Source of the DNA: Ophelia neglecta
Taxonomy: Eukaryota
Direction: 5' to 3'
Assembly: GCA_965285935.1 (NCBI GenBank)
Contig: OZ260663.1
Coordinates: 104,470,001-104,534,000, forward strand
DNA: 64,000 nucleotides
A program made the translations under genes and the position numbers. Below the pieces are notes generated by a model, which saw only the letters and a program-made list of their open reading frames with translations, made no database searches and had not been told where the DNA came from. How positions within the stretch are numbered: position 1 is the stretch's first letter; each line of letters starts with the position of its first letter. Positions 38,001 through 49,170 of the stretch are shown piece by piece.

Positions 38001-41000
38001 GACTTATAACCAGGACGGTCTTCCAACTAGATGAAGAATCTAATATCGTTGCAGACTCTATTGTAGGAATTTCTGCTGTGCCTTCTCGCAACGCAGTAGT
38101 AGGCGACAACGATGTTAGACCTATTCATTGAAATATATATAAACCATAATATAGTGTAAAGGTTCTGTGAATAATTGTTATTCAACTTTGGTTTTCAGTT
38201 TGGTAATTTACAGGCTAATCTTTTATGTGTGGGATTTGATACAAAGATCATAGGTATTAACTGTTTAGTGCAAACAAACCTAGATAAACCTCTGGTGTTA
38301 TCCCTTAATTTAGCATGTAAACTGTGGGCCGTACAATATTTTACCTGTCGTTCGAGCCTTCGATACATCCATGTCTAATCGGTTGTTCGATTTCAGATCC
38401 ATAAAAAGCAGACTACCATCCTTCGTCCAGAATACCCTCCAGTCAAACTCGTACTCCGTGTCTGGTTGTAGTCCGCTCACGGTTACCTGCCATTCCCCCT
38501 GTCCCTGTGAGACGTCGTCATACTTTGTCCAGTTTGTAAAACCCAGTGGTCTGTAGTATATCCTAAATCCCACATGTTTAGTAATCTGTTGTGTGGAATA
38601 GAAAGCTGCCACCCAGGTCCATGTTACAGAGTAAGTTGTGGCCTCCGCAAGGGTTCTGTTCCAGAGGTCATTGGATTCTCTTGCGTTTATGACTAAAATC
38701 CAAAGTACGTTCTGTTGGTTTCAGGCACGGTAGCGGCAAAAACCTGCTGATTTATGTAATTTATCAGATAGCCGGCGTAGATTTAAGAAAAAGGACTGCA
38801 CTCACGTATGTCTATGTCACACCATCCTCCCGTCCTCCAGAGTATGAAAATCGGGGTCCTTATATTATTACACCCGTCTGTACACTCTCCCGTCTCCTTC
38901 ACACAGTAATGGTTACGACAATGGATACTGCAACAGTTCTTTCCAATCGTCTCTTGAGCACATTCTGAGTGAAAGATATTCCTTCTATCAATATATATAT
39001 TTCTTTTCCACCAAAAGACAATAAAGTGTATAGTATATCGCCTGTTTTGACGAATCGGGGACCTACTATTCAATGCAACCCATCAACTAGATTTATTTAT
39101 TTATTATAAACTTTAAGACGCGGAAGCTACTGACTGTGATACTGTTAACCAGCCTCTAAAGAGCAACACTATAGTAAACTATGATGATTATGATTCTAAA
39201 GTATCTAATTTTATATGATAAATCCCATTGGCCTCTTAGCTGTTGTTCCACGGCTATTATGATATACAGGCTCTGGTAAACACAATGCCTCTATATATAG
39301 GCCCATGCATTTTTCAGCTTAGGCTTAGGTATTAATAAACTTTAATTAGGTAATAATACACTTGCTATTCTAATAAAACAGCCTGCGGTTGTCGTTGATT
39401 AGGGTTGTCAATATTGGAGAAAAATAGAACAATGGTAACATGTGGTGACAAGATAAGAGTGGTCATGTGTGGAAAAGTCATGAGGTGCCATGCAAAACGG
39501 GTCCAATATGTAGTACAAATACCCATATTTACCTATACAGTCGGGGGTCCTGAATCTATCTGGACATTTACTACAACCTTGGTATTGGTCACAGGTGCTG
39601 TTCGGCGCACATAGAGAACAATCTACAAGTAGATATATATGTAAAGAAATAGATAACCGCAATGTATAGATACAATTAGAAACTATAATGCGCACTATGG
39701 CACGGGTTACCTGTGAAGGAATAACACATGTGAGTCTATTTGGTTGAGTTCGAAAGTGTGGTACTGATACGAGTCAGTTCAAATCACTCTTATTGCTGAT
39801 TAAAAACCTCCTTTTGTTAACCGAAGGTAATAGGGCATTATTCCTATCAGATTGCCAAACCAGCAGGTAAAGAAAGCTGATCACACTGACTTCATTACAC
39901 ATGACAAAATGCGGACTCACCCTGAATCAAATCGTTTATAGAACGACAAACAGCGTTTTCATATGATCACAGCCATTTCATTCCATATTTATGAACAGCA
40001 TACACTCAAATTTTCCGCCAGGGGCGGTGTCGAAAAGTTTATTATAAATTCCATCGATCTTTAGTCACCTGAATACAGAGCAACGGTTTGTGAGCTTGTG
40101 TTTTACTTACCCACTCGGAAATCACATTTCTTTCCAATCCACTTTATACCTTTCTTTCCAATAGCACACCCTTCAGTACACACCCCTGTCTCTCTCACAC
40201 ATGACTGGTTTAGACAACGGGGACTGCAGCAATTCACACCCAACGTCCCTGCGGCGCATTCTGAAAAATAGTAGAAACAAACGCAGAATATTGTTGCATT
40301 TCTTTTTTTAACCAAGGAATGAAATATTGTTTCCACATCATAACTGCACTTTCATTATTATTTCATTATTGTTCGGAGAAAATAGCCCGCAGATAATTCG
40401 CTACTAAGAAAATTACTTATAGTATTACCATGGCTGTACATGTAGTATTTAGCCTCCATTTGAATAAACTTTTCCCAAGATAAAACACACAGATAACGTA
40501 TTACTTTATAACCCACCCTCCCCTTAAAAGAATAGTAATGAAACGTGACTTTAAGAACAACAGTTATATGTTAATCATATTAATTCCTTTTTTTATTAGT
40601 AGCCGAATATTTCTGAACTGCATATAGTGCATATATTGAGCCAAGTGAAAGATCCCGCAATCTAAACACTGATGTTTTACGCCAGGCACATACTACTGTC
40701 AACAAAGGAGCATTACGTACACTTGCATAATCCTCTATCTATACATATATAAGATATTGAATGTAGATTTGTATGGCTACCTTCGAACCCAACTTGGCGC
40801 ACAGACGAGACATAAACATTTATTTGTGATGCTTAAAAAGAATGCATTACCATTACAGAATAGTTATTCATTGAGCCATATTTGTATTGATACATTTAGC
40901 AACTAATTTGTGTATTAGCTCCAAAGCCAGCTGCCCTTAAACTTTAAAAAGTGTTGTCAGCAGCACGACCTATTCTTAGAATTGCTCCTTTTATTTTTAT

Positions 41001-44000
41001 TGTTCTCCGCACGACTTCAGACTGTTTAAATGAAAAATGTCTCAGCGACTTGTAAAAACATTCAATATCTTTTCCGATATCCTTGCCTCGGTTTTAAACT
41101 TTTATATGTTTATTAATGTTTTTCGTTGTTATTGTAAACTAACGTAGGATTGCACACAAAAACCCTGTATGTTTGGATCGAAATTGAATGCCAACCTAGG
41201 TGTCTTTGTAAATTGGTTTAAACATATGTATTGAGTTATATTGGATTTTGAAAGAAACGCAGTGAATATAGAATGTAATCTTCCACGGATCATAAGACTA
41301 AAACATTATATCTACAAGCATGCGATGAATGAAGGTAGAGACAAAAACACACAGTTAAGTAAAGGGGAATCAATTTAGCATATTCTAGCTACACAAAAAT
41401 CATATAAAATACATATAGACTATTAAAAGCCCCCCAAAAATGAGTGCAAATGTAATAGGTAAGCAAACTATCTTTGAAGAAATAATGATGAGGCCCGTCA
41501 GGAGATAACTTTGCTGGACTAGAATGGAAGTTCTTTGAAGACACCTATATTGATACCAAAAATGATTTTCACCATCAGAAATGCAACTAGTGTGGAAAAA
41601 CTAAAGTTAAAAAAGACAATAGTTAAGCTGGTTCAGGTTTGAACTTAGCCCGAATGATATGGGTATATTGTTTATTTACCTTTACAGTCTGGTAGCCGGA
41701 ATCTGTCGGGACATTTACTACAACCTGTGTAGTCATCACAGGTACTGGTCTCCGGACAGTCAGAGCAATCTACAAAGATATCAAATCAAAACAGACGAGT
41801 TGGTATGACCTAAGTCAAATAGCCACGACAGGAAAAGGATGAGTATTAAAGTTACAAACGCTTGAATAGAGGAGAGGTGCTCTCCTATCGCCATTTATAT
41901 ATGCGTTAAATAATAGTATGATTGAAAATTGTTGTCCAATTAGACATTATAGATCTGCTGTCGATGAGCGCACCTCTTCTAGACATATTGCGGAATAATT
42001 AATGTGGATGCAAATAAAAAGGAATGATTGCTCTGGCCAATTCTCAAGAAAAAAAGTGATGATAACATCTGACATTATTTGGTTATGTGAAGTAAACGAT
42101 CCATATTAAATGATAAGATATCGAATCGATCATTTGCTAACGAAATAATGTTTATGAAAGGTGTTGAACCTTGCGGGCTTTTTTATTTACCTACATATCT
42201 TCGCCCCATGACAACCACCTCGCACAGCGTGAAACTGGCACGGTAATATACTGCTATCAACACCTTACTTCCTATCATATGTGTCCAATTTTCACATGTT
42301 ACTGCTGTATACTGTGTATGGTTATTGGTGGTGAGGGTACTTAACCCACAGTAGCCATTATCCGTCGGGTCGTCTGAGTTTATAATGTATGGATGGAGCT
42401 TTACATTTTTAGCTGCAAAACCAGAATCATCCGAATCAATCCAAACCTCTTTTTTTCATAAATACTTTACTGGTCAAATAAGTTCCTACTGAGTGAACAC
42501 AGGTTTACATATTTATTCTTGCCATACTCAATGGACGAAAAATACCTTCATTACCACCGTACACCACTACACGGGAAATTCTATAAAGATGTCCAAGTTC
42601 CACCATCCACCAAAGCGGGTCGTGTTTTCCTGTTATGTATGAGCAGTGTTCTCTATTGTGGTTCTCAATGGCTACTCCATCCACTGCGCGGTTAGCAGGT
42701 CTCTTTTTAAGATTATGAAAACCACTTTGTCTGGCTGATTTACCAAGTGCAACATTACCTGTTGAGGTTCGACCAGGTATTATGCTTTTGTTTATTGACA
42801 CCCAATACTAAAACTAAATTAAGCGGGTTGAAGTATTTATTGTAAGCAGACATTAATTTAAAAAGTGACATGACTCAGCGGATGTTGAATTTAGACTCTG
42901 CAAGAACCCAAACCCCACTTTGTTACTGGAAGGCAAAGAATAATAATAATCATCAGTTAAAACGAGCATTCAACCACTGGAATGCACGCCGAGAGGCAGC
43001 GTTCGTAATAGGATGTCTATGTACGTCTAATAAAACTGGAAAGAGAACACCAAACCATATCTGCATCCTGGACCGCTCCATGGTATGTCCCCCGGACTCC
43101 ACCTCTCACACTCCACCCCAGGACGACAAGCGCCAGTATCATGATTACAAATGTCATCTTCACACCGACAAGGAAACGCACACTTTTTGTCGTCGTTGCC
43201 GTATCGACATGAACCTATATAATACGTGATAAGCCGGAAATGGATTCATGTTTAAGGTACGCATTTACATCTATTTTCCGTTACAAGCGCAATTACATTT
43301 GGGAAGCTGGGGTTTGAGATTTTTGGGCCTGCAGCTGAATGTGATGATTTCAGAGCCAATTAACGGACTGTTCATTGCTTTGTCTGCCGGGTATCTATTA
43401 CCGCTATTTAAAACTACCAACGCTCCTTACCAAGTTATCGACGGAACCAGCCTACAGCTAGTCTAGCATACTGACTTTGGAGAGAACATGTATCTACATA
43501 CTGCTACTTGTTACGACATTAATCGGACATGATTGAATCAATAAGAACAACTAATAGCAAACTAATGTGTTTGCTACAGACACATTAGATGTAATTGTGG
43601 TGAAAATTACTAAACCGTAGACTTATAGTGATAGCTGTTAGAGTGGGCCATCTTGGTTCCTAGTATAAACATGAAACATGTGCCAAAAAGCAGACGAAAG
43701 CAAAATTATGCAATTTCAACCTAAAGCGAAAACAAACTAGAACATGTCGTATATATATATACCATATTATTTGAACTTTCTTGTCTCTGACAACGAAGAT
43801 AATTACTCATAATTAAATCAGGAGCAAAAGAATTTCATACACTATTTCAATGTTGATCCAGGCTCCAATTTGTCACGAGCACTGCGGCATTTGCTCTCTT
43901 CAAAAAAACATTCTCTAGTGCAGTAAAAATAGTTACTAGAGTATATACACTCTTTATAAGCCTTTATATGGTCAATCATCTGTCAGTCACTTTTATTATT

Positions 44001-45117
44001 TGTTAACTGCTAACACAACACCCTTACATATTTTTGCATACTACTTATATGTTGGTCACACAATAGCAAAACACGAACTACTCTGCTGTTGATTAGTAGC
44101 TATTGATGGGTTATTCACTTGCTATATTTTAATTTAGTGAACAAAATGCTCCTACGAATTCTCTCTCTCGAAAAACTCATTGTATATTCATTAACGTGGG
44201 AGATAAACAGATACAAAGACTAATACTAGGCCATTATGCGAGCACGGCAATACCACATCATCGACAGTGCTATTTACTGAGTCTAACTCAAGCCATTATG
44301 CTAGCATATCACATATGATAATTTGTACCAGTTTTTAGAATAGATACTTTATTTAGACTATCGCAATAAATGTATTCATATCTAACGAGACCATGCCTGT
44401 ATTCGAAATTGGATAATTTTATTTGAATAAAGTAATTGAGGCAATTAGACCTTATCAGGAGCAAAATTGACTTGAACCCATTGACAAAGATATTAATCCT
44501 TCTTGTCTGACTGATTAACATGGCCATCAGCCTGCTCATGTGAGCTAATAAAAAGGCAATATTGTAGTTTAGATGGAATGATGTTTTTAATCAATTTGCT
44601 GTATAATTAACCGAACTAATTCATGTTCACATCTGGTAAGCATTAATGTAGTACTGAACGGAATGCAACCAAGGCCAGAGCCTTTCCGAAAAAAATGTAA
44701 CATTTGCTATTTCAAACCGAGGCATGAATAAGCCGTGCATTGACATAAAATCTTCCGCTGATCCAAGATGAATAATATTTCTTTGGTGCATTTTTTATCC
44801 GAAATATCAGCAGAATAGCAATAATCAGTTCATTGCGAATAAATATATATGAAAAATGAAAGCCTCCTACAAAACAGTATATATTAAGTCCATGACTTTA
44901 CAAAATCCATGAATCAATATACGCCATATAAACCCCTCGACTAGGATGATTTGGATAGTAGTCTGAATCTCAAACCAAACATATTTACTCATTTGGTATT
45001 AAATTTATATTTCAGAGTAAAAGGCTTAGAAAATTTAATTTCAACTTTACCTGAAACTCCAACAGATGTCCAATATATAAGTATAACGACGAGCAATGTA
45101 TGAAGCACGTCCGCCAT
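29043..45117 (-). CDS. Gene B: paralogous lectin/EGF/FN3 receptor PTP (~1198 aa, 27 exons)
   Basis: Exons 45051-45117 (signal MADVLHTLLVVILIYWTSVGVS), 43056-43214, 42546-42758, 42191-42412, 41680-41769, 40111-40260, 39533-39622 (extra), 38806-38964, 38345-38692, 37946-38120, 37738-37835, 37312-37511, 37109-37196, 36806-36879, 36637-36673, 36439-36536, 36109-36237, 35792-35937, 35466-35601, 31270-31419, 30734-30806, 30542-30609, 30262-30396, 30046-30177, 29700-29851, 29373-29508, 29043-29114; phases match gene A; WPD and HCSAGIGRTG intact in D1. Confidence 0.88.
31551..35240 (+). mobile_element. L2-group (L2/Crack-like) non-LTR retrotransposon with intact ORF, antisense in an intron of gene B
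   Basis: Long APE-RT ORF; 3' stem AGCGCC (35164-35169)...GGCGCT (35197-35202); (TAA)n tail; flanked both sides by AATATATATAT; the matching intron of gene A (~15151-15175, TGTTAGTAATATATATTCAATCAGG) is the empty site. Confidence 0.93.
31827..35048 (+). CDS. LINE endonuclease/reverse transcriptase polyprotein (1073 aa)
   Basis: APE motifs NARS, ITETW, YRPP, GDFN, SDH; RT motifs LDLSAAFDTV, GVPQGSVLGP, YADDTQLY; C-terminal LHWLPV..RI.YK typical of the L2 group; no stops or frameshifts. Confidence 0.95.
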   Translation: MSYPCACLLFVMCLGTAQGGARLVYSREQLVSLKPGGGISAFSPVTQPVQSVIRRNKAGVNEPKQCLIDSGPGKIPTLVSIHRCPQLQPTRPPRYLKEIPQLRNPVNCEKLTCTTNGTDSNLSVCVFNARSVKNKTTLINDHIASNDHDIIGITETWLRPGDADTVTVGDLVPPGYDFHHLPRESGYGGVGIIFKESIKSTKGTLQRNKIFEAIDIALKTEIPTHVIVVYRPPPSARNKLTVSQFLDEFSAFLEVKTLIQGHLLILGDFNFHVTDKSDSCAQRFNDLIQSCNLQQHVSEPTHESGHCLDLVLTRADQTCIRDLHVACPISDHFAIHCNVYSSKPQNEKCQIKYRSFKAIDMEKLTEDIRLSPLVSKLRDTHDTPVHILVDSYNTTLSAILDKHAPVKTKVVTKRVKSPWYSDDIAQAKRSRRKLERLWRRTKLVVHRQMYRTQSNLVCDMIDSAKQEHYTNKIQENPADQKTLFKVIDSLLHKEKVSPLPTCSSSETLAESFSNFFSEKISKIQSGLQIARRSYQSPSSEDSLFSGESLQCFSLTSPDELRKIILNAPQKSCEVDPLPTWLLKESLDDLLPVLTHIINQSFRAGVVPHKLKEAVVRPLLKKSNLDKEQLGNFRPVSNLSYLSKLAERVVANRLTSHLSVNNLDEPFQSAYKKNHSIETALIHVQDDILCSLDEKKSVLLVLLDLSAAFDTVSHSTLLNRLQNRIGIGGVALKWFESYLSDRTQSVNIDAYSSKPRLLACGVPQGSVLGPLLFSIYTLPLGDIMRTHQVLYHLYADDTQLYAAFHPNHLGQVRTNLEQCLDHVRCWMAHNLLKLNDTKTEFLIIKPKRIACEVPETIRVGESTIVASPSARNIGAVFSNDCSLDSHINKVCRNAFLHLRNISKIKRYLSKEALLTITHAFITSKLDSLNALYTGLPESQIAKLQRVQNAAARMITGSSYRSHVTPLLRDLHWLPVKQRIEYKIYLLTYKCLHGQAPGYLSSLISRYCPARSLRSSSHFNLDLPRVRTTTYGHRRFSYAAPMLWNQLPVNVKLADTLTDFKKKLKTHLFKLAFQL

Positions 45118-46602
45118 GATTCCTATGTATCTATGAATGTAGCTATGCGGCTCTTTCAGTTGAGTTGTACATATTTGCATTACGGATTAAGTAAATAAGC
45201 CCACGACGAAAGAAAAAACTCGCTATGTAAATATCACCAGTCATCGCACTCTGATAAAATGAAGTGATGGCAATTTCGATGCACTGTATATTCCCTGCCT
45301 TGTTGGAATTTACGACCTGCTAGACCAATCTCAAACGAGCTTGGACTAAATGTAAACTTGCCAAACAAAATGTACTACTACGATGTATTTGTACACAGTC
45401 AGGAGTATCTCTAGATCAAGCAGTATAAACAATGGATGCCTTTCAAAAACCAAGTGTATCCCAGCTTAGGAGGGTTGTATACATTCGATAATTAATAGAC
45501 AACGGGTGTTTCTCGTGTTCTGTGTTCAGGGAGTGAATGCCTCAAATACAAATTAGAATGTTAATAGATTAAAAATAAGTGATTAAAAGAATAAGGTCCG
45601 ATTGCGCTTGCAATGGGAAGTAGTAAACAGTTCTCCGTGTTGTGAGTAATACTGAAGTAGTTTGGGTTCTTTTAATGTGGTGAAAGTATATAGTAAATAC
45701 CAGGAACTTACTATTTGTGTCTGGTCTTGCTGGTCCGACGATCTCTATAGAGTTATCGGTAGAGAACTCCGGAGGGGTTCCTAAGGAGGTGTTCATTCAC
45801 TGAGATGTCCAATCAATCTGTCGGCCCTGTCGCTCGATCTCGGCGATCCGGTGGTTTGGCGGCGTCCTCTAGTGGGAAGTCTATGAACTGACTTCCCGAG
45901 ACCAGTCTCCTGGTGGTACTTGATTCCCAATTTCACCCGAGACCGGAAGTAAGGGTGCATTAGAACGGAGATGTACAAAGGCCATGTGCGAGCTAGAAGT
46001 GGGCATTAATTAGATGCACATAAATGATATACGGCCTACATCAATTATATCCTAATGGGGGTAGTGGCCTACATTAATCTTAAATTGCCCTTACAACGAC
46101 CCAAAGCTACAGTAGAGAGTAAACTTATACAATGTTGTGATCTTTGAGTTCGCGAAACCTGGAGCCCAGCTGGCAGGACAACAAGGGCCGAAAAAGGTAA
46201 GCCAAGGGCCTGTGGGTCCAAAACTGGTGTCGCCATCTTTCCGAATTAACCGGGCACCACGACCCGCAGATGGGCGTGACACACAAGTATATGACTCTCT
46301 AAAATTTTTCAAAGCCAGTAGTGTTTAGATAAACCTATTAATACTAGCGGCGTGTGCATAGAGTGGTATTTATTCAGTTTTATCACCTGTACAATCAATA
46401 ACCCTAGTTTAATGTTTATTTATTATAAATGAATGTAGTCTGCAATTAACATTGATAATGAGTTTGAACAGACGCCAGCCGTCGTAATTTTTGAACAATT
46501 GTTTCTAATGTCAATTACTCACACGTAGGCTTTAAATAGGCTTAAATCCGGAACATACGGTGTAAGCACTGATAGCAAAGAGTGAAATTGTCCTGGGCGC
46601 TT

Positions 46603-47540
46603 CTGCTCTGCACTGCTTGCTTTGGCCATACTACTCATAGTTAACCGGATTGGATGGGGGTGGGGGTGTTATTGGGTGGGAGGCTGGAGGGGGTTGTGAT
46701 CGGGGGGGGTGGGGGTGTTATTGGATGGGGGGCTGGAGGGGGTTGTGATCGGGGGGGGGGGGGTGTTATTGGATGGGGGGCTGGAGGGGGTTGTGATCGG
46801 GGGGGGTGGGGGTGTTATTGGGTGGGGGGCTGGAGGCTGGGGTTGTGATCGGGGGGTGGGGGTGTTATTGGGTGGGGGGCTGGAGGCTGGGGTTGTGATC
46901 GGGGGGTGGGGGTGTTATTGGGTGGGGGGCTGGAGGGGCTTGTGATCGGGGGGTTGGGGTGTTATTGGGTGGGGGGCTGGAGGGGGTTGTGATTGGGGCT
47001 GGGGGAGGGGTGGGGGTGTTATTGGGTGGGGGGCTGGAGGAGGTTGTGATCGGGGGGGGGGGGGGGTGAGTTGACATTTCTTTCTTAGGGTTATCTGCTC
47101 TGCGCTGCTTGCTTTGGCCATACTACTCATAGTTAACCGGATAGGATGGGGGTGGGGGTGTTATTGGGTGGGAGGCTGGAGGGGGTTGTGATCGGGGTGG
47201 GGTGGGGTGGGGGTGTTATTGGATGGGGGGCTGGAGGGGGTTGTGATCGGGGGGGTGGGGGTGTTATTGGATGGGGGGCTGGAGGGGGTTGTGATCGGGG
47301 GGGTGGGGTGGGGGTGTTATTGGATGGGGGGCTGGAGGGGGTTGTGATCGGGGGGGTGGGGGTGTCATTGGGTGGGGGGTTGGAGGGGCTTGTGATCGGG
47401 GGGTTGGGGTGTTATTGGGTGGGGGGCTGGAGGGGGTTGTGATTGGGGCTGGGGGAGGGGTGGGGGTGTTATTGGGTGGGGGGCTGGAGGAGGTTGTGAT
47501 CGGGGGGGGGGGGAGGTGACATTTCTTTCTTAGGGTTATC
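46603..47540. repeat. G-rich ~40-47-bp minisatellite nested in a ~490-bp duplicated unit
   Basis: Unit ~GGGGGTGGGGGTGTTATTGGRTGGGGGGCTGGAGGGGGTTGTGATC repeated in two blocks, each preceded by CTGCTTGCTTTGGCCATACTACTCATAGTTAACCGGAT (~46612, ~47105) and followed by GACATTTCTTTCTTAGGGTTATCT. Confidence 0.95.
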
Positions 47541-49170
47541 TCCTTGTCCTTTTCTGGACTATTACATGTACATTATATAACATGGCGAAAATATGACATA
47601 AAAGTTAAACACACTGTTGGTCGAATGGGACATCGAATGGGACATTCCGAATTAACCGGGCATTTCGATAAACCTAATAACACCAGCGGGGTGTGCATAG
47701 AACCGACTGTGGCATGGGGTCCTGATTGACAGCTGTGTTTTCCTCCACAACGGCGAAGTGCCTAACTCTTGGCTGTAACTGTTGCTCAGGGGCCTTTGAT
47801 TGGTCCGTCTCCGCAGAGTCTTGGCACTTCTCTCGCGAGTGAAGGCCAATTTTGTCATACGTGAGGGGTACCCGCTACGTGTACGCGACAGTAATCGTAG
47901 ACAGCAGAGCGCTGATGCTTCAAGTCAGATACTTACAACTGGTCACATAATGTATTGATAAAGTCCTCTCTAGGCAAGTGGCCAAACTTCTTAATTTCGT
48001 TTGACGAAATCTTCCTCTGTCTGAGTAGTTGTAAATCATTCGTCGTCACTCTTATATTGATATTTATATAATTACGATGGTTCCTGCTAAATGCTATCTT
48101 TTCACCCACTACGGATTTGTGTAGGTCGACCAGGAAAACACAACTACATATTAACAAGGTGCGACTTCATCTTGGAAAGAATAGCAGTATTTACATGCTT
48201 TAATCTCCCCGGATTGCGAAAAAACAGTGACACACTGTATTCAAATTTTGTGCTGCACACACAGCACCATTGGTATTAATTTGTTTAATGCCATGAGACA
48301 AATTATGACTCGAGTATTTCCGGATCTGTCCACACATGAATGGATCAAACAATGTTGTATTATACAACATCCCTAATCATGGGTTTTCCTCCTCACACTC
48401 TTAACATGCGCACACCTGCCAGGAGCTCTCAAGTAAGATGATTTGAAATATTGAAAGAAAGATAAATGTCCACATCAATTAACATGAAAAACAATCACCT
48501 CATTGGACATGCATCGCTGAGTCTAGAATGATAAATGAATCACTTAACACAGAAGTTATGTCAAAGTCAGTAATTTTTAATGAATTTCAATTTGCAATCA
48601 TAATTCTTGTCATCAAATTTCCATTGAATATATTTCAATCGATTATTAACATAACCATATCTTCTAACAGTACCATAACTCGTCTACATTCGCAGAGACT
48701 TTGTCCTGAATTCTAAACTATTTTCTAAATCCCTGCTTAGCATTCAAATCCTTGTTCACTGCAAATCGAATACAATGATCTCAACGAAATTATTTTTGAA
48801 TTTCTTTTGCAGAATCCAGTGGACTGGTATATTTACACCTTATTATTTTATCTGTTAAAGAATATGTACGTTACCTAAAAGCATATATTAGGTATTCGGT
48901 CAAAGAGGACTTTTGACCTGAATTAAGAATGATACCTCAAATGTATTACTATTCACCACATAGAGTCATTTATTTATGCAGAATGGTGCTTGACTATCTA
49001 CAATCGTATTGCATGTTGTAAGTCTTATAAATCTGACATGAAAAATATGTACTCTTTTAAGCGGACGCAGATTCTCTACCTGATCAACAGTCAAAGAAAA
49101 ATATATGGGAATAAAATCTTTTTAGTAGATATTGGTGTATAAATTTGTTGGAAAAACGTCTTTAAAAACT

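Noticed and set aside
11325-45117. A and B as uncollapsed haplotypes (assembly artefact)
   Set aside because: Different first exon/intron, exon count, ~30% lectin divergence and unique intervening relics indicate true paralogs; read depth would settle it.
46654-47442. Gly/Pro-rich ORFs
   Set aside because: Translations of the G-rich minisatellite.
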